Shown in pieces: positions 27,326 to 39,700 of a DNA stretch of 64,000 bases. The stretch spans positions 18,104,001-18,168,000 of the forward strand of contig CM022672.1 in NCBI GenBank assembly GCA_012295275.1, read 5' to 3'. Under the pieces are notes generated by a model. That model saw nothing but the letters and a program-made list of their open reading frames with translations. It had not been told where the DNA came from and ran no database searches. This stretch comes from Chrysomallon squamiferum. Lineage: Eukaryota; Animalia; Mollusca. Each line of letters begins with the position of its first letter. The first letter of the stretch is position 1. A program made the translations under genes and the position numbers.

Positions 27326-30300
27326 TGTATTTGGAAACAGTGTTTTAAGATTTCTAAAAATAAATATACAAATGTAAAGAAATTAATCCTTCATGTTTCT
27401 TTGGTTCTATGGTTGATAACCTATAAAGAATCTTCCCTTAGAGAGAAAAGCATGCATTACTTACTACTGACATTCTTCAAGTAAATATGGACAACTTATA
27501 GTCCTTCCTGCACTGAATAATTTCTGAATACAAACCTTGCATTGCACATCATCTTCTCTGATTCCTTTACCGCTTGTTCCCTGGCTTCGAATGCTGTGCT
27601 GACTGCCTGCCACTGGTTATCCTTCTCCAGAATCTGAAATGTTGGTAGTTTAGGGTTTTTTACAATTTATTATATGGATCTGATGATACTGATTTATGTA
27701 TTTTTTTGTTTTTTGTTTTTTATATAGAAGAATTAGGTTCTATTCTGAAAACATAACCATACATTTACATCAGCTTAAAGATATTTTTAACTCCTGTAAT
27801 TGAAATTATATTAAACATTATGTTCATATTAAGGAATAGATGCATCCTGCAAATTTATCTGTATTACTGCTTTTAATTGTTATGTTTATCATCTTTGGAT
27901 TGATAATTATGTAAACATTCTGTATATATAAAATATATCGAAAGACAGATAGGTGTGTAGTTATATTATTATTTTACCTTGCTGGTATCTTCCATTGCAG
28001 TTTTAAGCAGTTTTGTATGTTCTTTGGTTGTTTCAATGACTTTTTTCTGAATGTCAATTGCTTTCTGTGTACTTCTAATGGTTGTAACTAAGAGATCTTC
28101 TATAATAACTTCAAGTGCTGCAATGAAAATCAATGACATTAATTACAGAGAACAAACACAAATAAATATTTTTTAAATAACACACATTTTACACATTACC
28201 AAAGCAAAATGCAAAATTAAATGATATATTATTCCCAATTATTATTCAAATATAAATGTTTATTTTTATTTTTTAATTATTAATAGCTTTATCTTTTTAT
28301 GACTAAAAATTGATTGCTGTAAAAAATTAACATGCCTGCATTCTCTGCGGCTTCTTCTGCTTCCTTGTCTTTCAGTTTTTTCTCAGCTTCACGTTTCAAC
28401 CTTTCTTTTTCTGCCTTTTTGTCTACTGGAGGTGGTTCTGTAAAGAAAACAGAGAACTGAATAAAACAGCTGAAAAATATTCTTAGCACAGACATTGTTA
28501 ATATATCCATTCAGATATTGCTTTTATTTTGCATGTAAACACTATTTTTTTTGTTTTGTTTTGCATTATATTTTAATTAATAAATATTTAAAACAAATTA
28601 ATAATTTATGCCTATTTAAGAAGACATGAAATACATGTACAAACATATATATATATATATTCTGAATGTAAGGATTTGTAAATCTTGTAATGGATAGAAA
28701 AAAAAGTAAATAAAAAATTGTTTTGAGTATAAGCCATCCAACAACACCTATAAATTTAATAATAAAACAAAAAATTAAAAACAAAATTCAATAAATATAT
28801 AAATTAAAAAAAAGAAGAAGAAAAAAAAAAAAAACTAAATGGTTACTTTCACCTGATTTCTGTGGTTCAGTTTTCTGTGTTGTTGCTGGTTTTGTGTCTT
28901 TCTGAAATAAAAAATTAATGTTTGATTACCAACTGAAGTGTTCTGCACTATGGTTGAGTTAAAAAAAAAAACAAAAAAACAAGTGGATGTAAAATAAAGT
29001 TAAATGTAACTAAATTTGAAAGCTTCTAATATTATTTTAGTTATTCTAGATAACTGGTTTTAAATCTTTTTCATACTGTGACCCCTTATGAGCAACTCAA
29101 TATGACCAATGAACCCCTTTAAAATGTTTGATTCAATAATGTCTAGGGTTATCACATTTTCATCAATCAAAGACAGTACAAAAGGAATATATATTCAGTG
29201 TGACATAACCCAAACCTATCTACATGTTTTTATTTATTCCTCCTTCCAAGTCAAGTTGAAAAAAGCTAAAATATATCCTAGCTCAAGAATGATCTTATGA
29301 CCCCCAGGTTGAAAACCTATGTTCTAAATACTGAACCACAGAAAAATTGTCCCTATTGTCATTAGATACAGTATTTGTGTATCCAAACATATTCTTAGAG
29401 AAAACTGCACATAATACTTTAGAAAAGCTTAACAGTGGCTGTTATTAAATTAATCCCTTTTACCTAATAAAAATAGGTAGAAAAATAAAAAATGTTTTAA
29501 ATAGTATATACCATGATTCTAATATACTGTGGTCTTCCTGTTAAAAAATACATTAATTATTTTTATCAATCACCTTGCCATATATGATTGAACAGAAACA
29601 TGTATAAAATTAAAGAATTTTATATATATATTTTACAAGTAACAAATATTTATTTTAAAGATTTTATCAGTATTAAATGAAAAAAATTTCTAGTTACCTT
29701 TTCTACCTGGGTTGTATAAGGGAGTTGACCTGGCTTTGTTACACTGGGGAAAAACAAAAAAACAACAATATAATAATATTTAGGTAACACAAGTCAAAAT
29801 TTAAAAAAAAAAAAAAAATTTTGTCTGTTAAAAAGAACTTTTGAAAACAAACACAGAACAACATAAATAAGTGAAAATAAAAATTATTTTGATATCTTGC
29901 TTATGTTTTGAATATTGTGGCAGCACTAACTATCAAGACATGAGCCATTTTGAGGCACTAATAACAAACAATCTTGATTAACAAACATATGACAGTGACA
30001 CATACTGAGATCTGTGTTAATTTTACCACATGACATACCTCAAATATCTTCAAGGTCAAGTATGTAACATCAAAAACAAAAATGTGAACTTGTGAAAATT
30101 GAGAAAAACATCTGTTCAATGACACACAATTTTTCACTGTGTTATCATTCCATTTCCGATGAGAGGTGTTTTCTTTGTTTTAAAAGCATGAAAGTTTTCC
30201 AACTAAAGAGCATATGTAACTGTTTTGACAATGATCATTGTACTCTGCTTACAATATGATCCTCCAATCATAAGGAAAAGACCTAAGATTAAATGTGCTG

Positions 30301-33300
30301 ACCATCATATAGAAAAACACATAAATGGCCATAAATTAAAAACTAACATGTGGATTTGCTTCAAAATTTGAGTGAATAAACACAATAAACTGTTCTGTGA
30401 TTAACTGCATTTTCAAACACATTCACCCCAATGCTGGGCGTAATTTGTACATGCATCTACATAGTGACTATAAAACAGAATGATACTGTAGTACTAAACT
30501 AGCAGCCTGCACATGTTGAATGTCATACCACACTGTATATGTTAGTTGTTTTGGTCTTGTACTTTTCCTATATGGATCCTTGAATGTGTTATGAAGAATT
30601 AGTTTCAAAAGTGGTTATCACGAGCTCAAAATAAGTGAAATGTGAATAGTCAGATGTCCTTGCTATTGACTATATTATTTTATTAATACTACTATTCTGT
30701 GGAGACAATTAATACTAGTATATTCTTTCTCCATTAACTGAACACATCTACATTTTTTGGCTGAACCTGATAATACATCCATGCAGATTTCTTGACTTTT
30801 TTGTTCAAACGTAGATTATTTGTATTAGAACAAAATAATTAGTTTCATTAGTTAGGATTACAAATGAAGCAAAAAGCAGAAGGTATATGGACATTTTCAA
30901 GTATCTACCTAACTTCAGCAACCTATCCTGTGAAGATATCAATATGGCAAGACTGCCAGAAACTGAATTTATAAAGCTAAATTTTAAAATTTATTATAAA
31001 ATATAATACATATTTTTTATTTTAAAGAATAAAAAAAGTGTATAAGACTATGTTAGTTGAAATCACAATCTGTGTCAGCAGTAAAAAGCAAAAGAAACTT
31101 CCCTTTTACAGCAGAATATATCCAAAGCAAATATGGGTGCATGGCTGGGAGAGTTTAAAATGTCATGTTTTTCAAATACGGGTTAGGAATTCTCTGAATA
31201 ATTAATGATCAAACAACAAGACACAATCCAAGAGCAAATCTTCATCTTTATTTCCATGCAATTCATAATGTCACTGGTTGCTTGTATGATGAATTAAAAG
31301 AGTTAAAACCCACTGTTTTTGCACATTTTGTACAGTGAATGGCTGAACTGTAACAGTCTGCTGCTACCTACAATATATTTAATTATTTATAAAGACCTAA
31401 CATATTTTTAGATTTTACAAATGTAATCACTGAATAAGCACGAAGTGCTACATTTAAAACAAATAAAATAAATTTTTTTTTTAAAACCAAGATAAATGTT
31501 TTAAATTTCATCAACCACTTCTGTACTATGCAAAAATATCTGGGTATTTTTGTTTTATTTTTTAATTTGAAAAATTATTTTGTACTTTCTTATTTTTTTT
31601 TTTTTTTTTTTAACCAAAGTAAGAATTAAAAAAAAAAATTTTTTTAAATCTGAAATCTACATACCTTGTGGATTTCGCTGATGGACTACCTCGATCAGGA
31701 AGATATGGAAAGAGTATTTCAAAAAATTCTTTAGAATATGGAAGGTCCTTTTCAACAGCTTTCTGGAAGGAACGATCATACCAGGCATATGCCACAATAC
31801 CTCCAGCTGTTAAAGCACTCATGCCAAAGATCTTTAATAAAAATCCTCCGCCCCTGAAAAACAAACAAATAAATCAAGTTATAAATAAAATCAATGGATA
31901 ATTAATACAAATAATGGAAATTAAGAGTATGTTGTGGTTTGATGGTTTTATGATCTGTCCAAACAAATTCTCCTTCCATTAAAAAAAATGAAATAAAATA
32001 AAATAAATTATATAAATAAAATCTGTGGCTAATACTTGTATTAATTAATAATAATTAATATAATATTAAGAGTATCTTGTGGTTTGACATTTCCAGGATT
32101 TATTTTTAAAAAAATCAAAAATAATAATTGGCCTCCCCTGAAAAAATAATCAAATAAATAAATCTGAATAGTATCAGTGGATGATACTTTTATTAATGAT
32201 GATTAATATAAAATTAAGAATATATGGACAGTAAAATGGTCTGTCCAAAATTCATAATACATCAATTTAAAAAATAAATATTATCAAGTCATTTATTCAT
32301 TATTTTCTTTGAATCTTTGGCTAATCTCATTAATGAACTATTAAATGGCTGTACTGTACTAAAAATATACTCCACAATTTTTTCACCTTAAAAACAATAA
32401 CTAGGTCATCTGAATCTAATTAAAAGGATTTCTAAATTGTGATTTTTAACATTTTAAAAATTTATAATTAAATCCTAGGTATGCAAAATTAAATGTGAAT
32501 AAGTTCTAAGAAATAACAAAAACTGCAATAAATACATTATTAAATTTAAACATACATGTGCATCTGCTGAGTAGTGTTGAATACAGATCGTGCTGGGGTT
32601 GGAGGAAATAAAAATGAAAATAATTATTATAAAAAATATACAGACACTGACGTTTTCTTTGGTGGTAATGGATCCAATTTTGGTGGTGGGGGTGGAGGTA
32701 TTCCTCCTCCTCCTGATGTACCACCCGGTCGTGGTGGAGATGGTGTTTCTTTGAATGACACTGGAATTTCCCTTGTTGTTTTGGTGGATGATGCAAACTG
32801 TCGGCGACATCTTGCACACTAAAATAAAATGGTTTTCAAATGTGTTTTGTATGTCCTAAAATTAATATGATTGATAAGAGAGGGCACATTTCATTTCAAA
32901 ATTGACTGTCATGAATGTAGTGTTCAAATTTAAAACTGAAGTAAGCAATTACATAATGACAGATCAGCATGTTAATTATTATTGAAACAGGAATCAAAAT
33001 AAATTTTAATTATTTTTTCAGAATTCTGTTTTTTTGACATTTCATAGTCAGTAACATCAATATTTTAATTTTAAAATAAGTATGCAAAAAAGAATGGTCA
33101 ATTTTAAAGATACACATTAGAATTTCTATTACTGCAGGAAAAATATAGTTATCCCAAATTGGGCCTCCAGAAATATTCAATGTCACTTGGGCACGTTCTT
33201 CAAGTAGATATTTTATGTTTTTTAATGATGCAATACATGCTTTTTATAAAAATCAAAACGATACAAATAACAAGACAATCATACTCGTAATCTGTGAGAT

Positions 33301-33326
33301 AAACGTGTGGATGTCGCCTTCCACAT
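24588..33326 (-). CDS. IMMT: MICOS complex subunit MIC60 (mitofilin), ~722 aa, 13 exons
   Basis: Exons 33326-33285, 32818-32652, 31853-31665, 29743-29698, 28901-28853, 28437-28336, 28117-27978, 27633-27536, 27119-26984, 26550-26424, 26172-25949, 25768-25540 and 25207-24588 total 2169 nt in phase. The protein has an Arg-rich presequence, a TM segment (GGIVAYAWYD), LNSLIAHAHRRIEQL, LARQAAAHSDHL and the mitofilin C-terminus (GDFEQAVRFMNQLVGEPRRVAEDWLKEA..LLETRQ). Confidence 0.95.
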
Positions 33327-33911
33327 TCCGTTTACTTTCCAAATATGATCACTAAAACAAGTTCACCGGCCTGGCAGTGTCGCAAGGAAAGGAAGTAAGA
33401 CGATAATGTTTCTGCGCATGTGCTGATGATCTTGATTCTTTTTTCCTCTCTACCTTTCTGTTGCTTTCGGAACATTCCGTCATCCTTTTTCAGAACGTTT
33501 ATCGACTAATTAAACTAATTTTATGTCATACATTGGTTATAACAAAAACATATCCATATAAAATGATTTAGAAAGATAACAACATTTTAGTAATGGCAAA
33601 ACAATAAATAACAAACATAGTTACATACGTGATTATAATCAGACATTCACACTTACAGTCACAGTTGTCAATTGCAACGTGAACGTGTTACTGTTACTAG
33701 TATTAGTGTTACCCTCTTTGTTTTAATCATGCATCCATCACAAAAAAGAAGGAAATTACGATCATTTAAAAATATAAATATAACATTATAAGTATTAGAT
33801 ATTGTTTTCTTGAATTTGCCACGCCAATCTCGAAAATTTAACAATTCCTTCGTTCATTCATAGCTGGATCACTGGCACAAAGAAGGAAAAAAATAAAACA
33901 AACGCAACAGT
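33327..33911. promoter_or_regulatory. Bidirectional promoter between MIC60 and MRPL35
   Basis: The divergent ATGs at 33326 (-) and 33912 (+) are separated by 585 bp. An NRF1-like TGCGCATGTGC lies at 33413-33423 and an ETS/GABP-like GGAAGT at 33391-33396. Confidence 0.7.
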
Positions 33912-35443
33912 ATGGCATCCTCCTTGAGAGGTCGCTTTCACGGTAAGATTTTATTACAAACTGTGCATTTTGTTATCTTCCTAGAATATTTTAAGCATAG
34001 TTTATACATTTTTATTTAATTAAATGCTATAATTTAAATAAATGATTGTTCACATTTTAACTCCAATGTCACTAGTGTATGGTATCATAGTTGGCCATTG
34101 GCATTGCCGAAATGGGCCTCAACAGATGATCAGTTGATCAAATGAGACCACTAACCAGTCATTGAAATTAGGAATCATGCAAAAACATTCATGTTTTATT
34201 TGAATGAAATATAAATATTCGTTCAATTCTAAAATTTAAAGAAAGAAGTAAAAACGAAAGTATATATCACATGCTATAAAAAGCATAATGTAATATGTAT
34301 AAATTATAACAATGTTTATAATTCATTTACTGACACAGACAGTATGAAAAAGATGGACTTTATATGTTCTTTATTTAAAAAAAAAAAAAAAAAAAAAAAG
34401 CTTAATGTCCAATTAATCATTTGACAGGAATATGGAACATTGCATCTAGAATAACTTGTGAGCTTAGACCTCAGTTGCAGCAAAGGTGCATTTCATTTGC
34501 AAGTTCACCATCTCCATGTCTACAGCCAGTACAGTCATCACTCACACGGTTCCAGCAGAATACCTTAACAACTAAAACAAACTTTTCAACACTGTGTTCG
34601 CAGCCTACACAAATTCAGCCAAGGTATAATAATACTGCATTATATTGTAGTTTTTCTCTTATCACTTAAGATCAATAACTATTAACATAAGTTAAGATAG
34701 TTATACTGTGGATGCATATGTGTAAAGATATATTTTACATTCAATCAATTTTAGCTTTTAAGTGATGAATAGTTAGAAGTTACCTGATATTGATATTGTT
34801 AATGTTATGACTTTTTATAACATGTGTAAACTTAAAAATAGGCATAACAGTGTTTAATTACTTTCAGAGTGTATTATATTACAAGAAATTGCTTTCATAA
34901 AACAGATATGATTTACTTCAAGTAGAAATATAATTTATCCATTAATCAATGGAAAGAGATTTAAAAAAATAAAAAAAATATCAAAAAGGCAGTAAACTTA
35001 TCGATCATCATGTAAGTAACCTGTCACAAGATATATTAAGTAAATATAAATATTTTTATTTTTTTTATTTTGACAGACTATTGTCTAATCAGGAATCAAC
35101 CATTTCTGTAGCACCATGTCGAACAAAGATAATGGTCAGTTACAACAAAGGGAAGCAGAAGAGTGTAAAATCAGTGACGCAAAGATTCCTTCGACTTGAC
35201 TGGGGTATATGGATACGCACGAAACCAGGCAGGCACAAGAGACTGTGGAGGAAATCATCTGAAAGAAAATATTACTCAAAACAACACATGTTCTGTAACA
35301 AACAACAGTCCAGACTCATGGACAAAATGGTCACTCATTACTGGAAACAACCCAAGTACTATGTTGACAGTCCTTACGCAGGATATCAAAAACGAACCAA
35401 TCTACAGAGATTTTTTCCAGAAAGGCCACCATTTTTACCTTGA
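33912..35443 (+). CDS. MRPL35: Mitochondrial ribosomal protein L35 (bL35m), ~197 aa, 3 exons
   Basis: Exons 33912-33942, 34428-34623 and 35077-35443 total 594 nt in phase. Motifs KGKQKSVKSVTQRFLRLDWGIWIRTKPGRHKRLWRK and CNKQQSRLMDKM..YWK.PKYYVDSPY follow a long presequence-like N-terminus. Confidence 0.95.
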
Positions 35444-36415
35444 ATCTTGTGACAATATTTAATCATTCTACATTAAAATATCATGTTTGCCTAACATGAA
35501 ACTGATTTTTTAAAGACATTTATTCCTTATTTTTCTTTCTTTTTTGTGTGGTAAATACTGATGATGTAGCTACATAATAAATAAACAAGAAGAATAGTTA
35601 CATGGTTCTTTATTTATTGTCAGTGTTTAATTCTTTATTGTTCAGCCACTTAATACAAAGATTGTACAGATTTACTGGCACCAAAGAAATTGTATAAAGT
35701 TATATCTTTTATACAGGTATTAGGTACCAGTGCCTTTCTGAACTATTAAGTTTTTCCAGTCCAAACAAGGTCACATGATAATAAAACAGTATACCTCTGA
35801 GCAATTAAATAAATATGTCCCAGTTATCTAATATCCATTACTAATTTTATCTTGTCTGTGTGAGATTATGAACTACCAAAGTTTGAAAAAATCAATTGTA
35901 TATTTTAATTGATAAATTAACTACATATAGAAACGTGCATGTCATAACAGGCAAAAAATAAACATAACATAACCTGTGCGACAGAATTATTTCTTTTCCA
36001 AATATTCCATGGTCTTGTTTCCTAATAAAATTAGAGAAAGTAATTGTCTTTGATGAAATTAAAAACAAAAAACAAGAAAAAAAACCGGTTTATCTGTGTA
36101 TGCATAATAAAAACCAAATTGATTAAGTCTCAGTCAGTATGATTAAGAGGTATTCAGGTAATAATCACATTCTGTTATTATTTAGAGTTATTCCGTTTTC
36201 TGAAAGCAATTTGAATTTGTTTTCAAGTTTTAAATGCGTTTAAATGTAATACCTTCGAATATTAAATTATTATTATTATTTAGAATAAAATATATCGTTC
36301 TGAGGGTACTATGTAGTTTACTCTCTTGCAATACATAAATATCTCCCGAGTTTAGATGCAATCATCTGTGTGTGTTGTGTGTGTGTTTCTTCTAAGTGGA
36401 GTTATTTCCCCTGTA

Positions 36416-36426
36416 CACTTCCGGAT
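36416..36426. promoter_or_regulatory. ETS-family site (CACTTCCGG) about 100 bp upstream of the RRP12 ATG
   Basis: Perfect CCGGAAGTG on the minus strand at a typical housekeeping-promoter position. Confidence 0.5.
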
Positions 36427-36515
36427 GAATGAAACATGTGCTTCTGTTTTGGAATTCGTTGACAGTCAAAACTTTTTTAACGATTTATTTTAATCAGTTG
36501 TAACTGCGAAATATA

Positions 36516-36660
36516 ATGGGACATCGCAGTAAAAATTCATTACCAAAAGCTAAAAAGGGAAAGGGAAAGAAATGGAAAAAAGGTCAGAGCAGTAACAGCA
36601 ACCCGGTGGAGAAACGTTTCAGACAAGCAGCTAAGAATAGGTTTTTCCATACGATTGAAG

Positions 36661-36751
<91 letters not shown>

Positions 36752-39700
36752 ACCAAAAACCCGACTATGAGGGGGATGTGTAAATGTTGATACTGATCAT
36801 TGTAGTTAGCATCAGCACAGCTGTCTAATATCTTGTATCTTTTTAGAGATGTGTATTAATGATACTTCATTTTTTCATACGTTTAATACTTATTTAAGTA
36901 TCATAAAAATATTAACCAACAAGGTAATTGTGTAAAATGTAAGAGTAATAGTTAGTCTTTGTTTACTGTTTAATAAATCTTCAGGTAAAAAATAATTCAC
37001 TTATTTATTTTTTTATATCACAAAACAATATTTTAACATTAGATATATAATCATCCAGATGCTATTGTGTTTATCATTCTAAACTACAACTAAGATAGGT
37101 GAAAATGAGTTTGGAATACTAATGTCTGGTATAACCTAAATAAAACTGAAGTTCTGTGTGATGACATAAGTTACTGATACCTGCTGAATCACAAAATTGG
37201 TAGAATATAACATATATAACAACTGCTAGTGAACAAAGGACTTGCAGATAATCTGTTTATCATAAAAGGTGAAACTTGTGAGGTTTAAAATGTGGCATGT
37301 ATGCTTAATATAAAAATTAATAAACAAATGAATTCAGTCTATTTGGAAACAGTTACACATCCTTTTGCATACAAAATAATAATGAGTTCTTAAATACAGA
37401 ATATACATTAATAAAGTATTTAAAAAAAGTATTTATTTCATTAAAAGGCCCAAGCAGCTTGACAGTTGAGGCACTAACACAACACAATGAAGATGAAGGG
37501 GACAAAACTGCAGTTGCTGAAATGGATGTTCAGACAACAAGTGCAAAAACCTTTAACACTTGGGCCACAAACTGGACAGACTGCACCAATGTGACATTCA
37601 ACAGAGTTCACCGGTACTGGAAGTCCAACTCAGCAGCACACAAGGAGGTGAGAGAATCTACAGTTTCTGTTTATAAACAAATCATTGTTTGAACTTTTAG
37701 TACCAGTGTCTGCTGGCTGTTACGCACAGCCATTATAAAGATATTTTTATCTGTAGTGTAGGTCTGGCTTTTAGTATTAATGATTAATGGCTGTTAGATG
37801 AAATCATAGTGATAATAATTTTATTTGTAGGTTCTGACCTTTAGAATCAGTGACTATTGACTGTCAGATGAATCATAAAAATAATAATTTTATTTGGTAG
37901 GTTGTGGTTTTAGTACCAACAAGTGAATGACTGTTGGCTTTTAAGTGTTATGTGAAGTTATAAAGATAATAATTTTATTTGTAGGTTCTGGCTGTTAATA
38001 TTGAGGACTCATGGCTGTTAAGAGAAATCATAAAAAATTATTATTTTATTTATAGATTCTGGCTTTTCATGTTAAAGAATCGAGGATACTTGGATGTTAT
38101 ATGAAATCATAAAAGTAATTTTTTTATTTGTAGATTTTGGCTGTCTTGGCAGCCATTACAGAAGTTATCAAACAGCAAGGGGGCAAGGAAAATGAAACTG
38201 AATATTTTGCAGCTTTGGTAAATAATTTTATTTTCACAATAGGCTAAACAGAAATAATATATCAGAAAGAACAGTTTCATTTGGAATATTGAAACCAATT
38301 TTAATGATCTTTTCTTATTCTCATTGTTTTTTTTTTTTTTTTTTTTTGTTTTTTTTGCATGCATGATACTTCCAAAGTGTGTGTGTGTATGTGTGTATGT
38401 TTCTGTGGGGAGGGAAATACAGTCATGTAATTATTTAAATTATATTAAATTTTCAGGATATTTATTTTTTTATAGATGACTGCACTAGAAACAACTGAAC
38501 CAGAAGAATCTTTGTCTGCAATTGCTTATCTTTTAAGTCTGGTCATAAAAAGGTAAAACGCAAACTTATATATATTCGTATTAAACACAGCTGAATTTCA
38601 CATCCTTGCAAAACTTTCACTTGATGGTGTGTCATTTTATATTTGTTTTGTAGGTGTTAAAATCTGTGATAGATATTTAAAATGGCAGAGTTTTTGTTTT
38701 CAGAGTTCCTGTTCCAGTCTTGAAAAGCAGATTCTCACAGGTGTGCAAGCTATTTTTGGACATCTTGTCCAAGCACAGTGATGGGAACTGTACATCACTT
38801 CTGAAAGCTGTAAGTAAATAAATAAAGCAAAAATGTGAAAACTATTTATTTCACCATGAGTGTAGAAATTTCCAAAAGTACTAATTTTATTGAGACTCTA
38901 TACCTTTTTCCAAAGATATTCATATTTATTTTCATGAATTTCATCATTTCAAAAAAATATTTATTTCCTATTGTTAATTATTTCTCAATAATATTTTAGG
39001 GATGGTAAAAACAAGAAAATATATTGTAATCACATTTTGCTGTTTTTGATTTATATGTTGAGTTTAAATCTCTGGACTGGCAACTGAAAGAATCTAATTT
39101 TACTTTGTTGTTGCAACTTCAGTTTAGTTTTCCTTTAGGTTCAGTGGGTTGTGGTGTTTGTATTTTCAGCTTCTGCTGTGCATTGCCTCAGTTCTGAGAG
39201 TTCAGGAACTGGCCGTCTGGAACAGTTCTTCAACACAACAAATCTACAGTGCATTGCTCACATTCGTAACTCACAAAAAACCTAAGGTATTTTATTATGT
39301 TATTGTTATCCTTTGTTATTAATTCTGTGTTTGGTTCCAAATTTGTTTCAATTACATTGTAAAAAAAATTCACTAGTATCAGGCACATTGAATATTATTA
39401 TTGCTAGACAGGATGATCATAAAAAATAATAGTTATAGATAGGTGTCCTTCTGATATCGTATAAATTAAACTGATGCTTAAATTTTTGTTCTGCAGAAAA
39501 AGAAAGCTAAAAATTGTTTGCTTGTATTTTTATGCATGTTTTTATTTTTTATTCCATTATGGATGAATGGTAATCTTCAGCTGCTTATTTTGTTCATTTG
39601 TCTTTAACTTTAAGACATTATAATGTGTATTGTGATGTGTATATAGTTCTTTTTGGCGTGTTAGATGGGTTGACATTGTGTTTGATTTTATATCTAGTTT

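Noticed and set aside
29900-31500. Microsatellite-free, more balanced-composition stretch in MIC60 intron 3, possibly a decayed transposase
   Set aside because: Only a vague peptide echo near 31290-31350, with no ORF, TIR or convincing motif.
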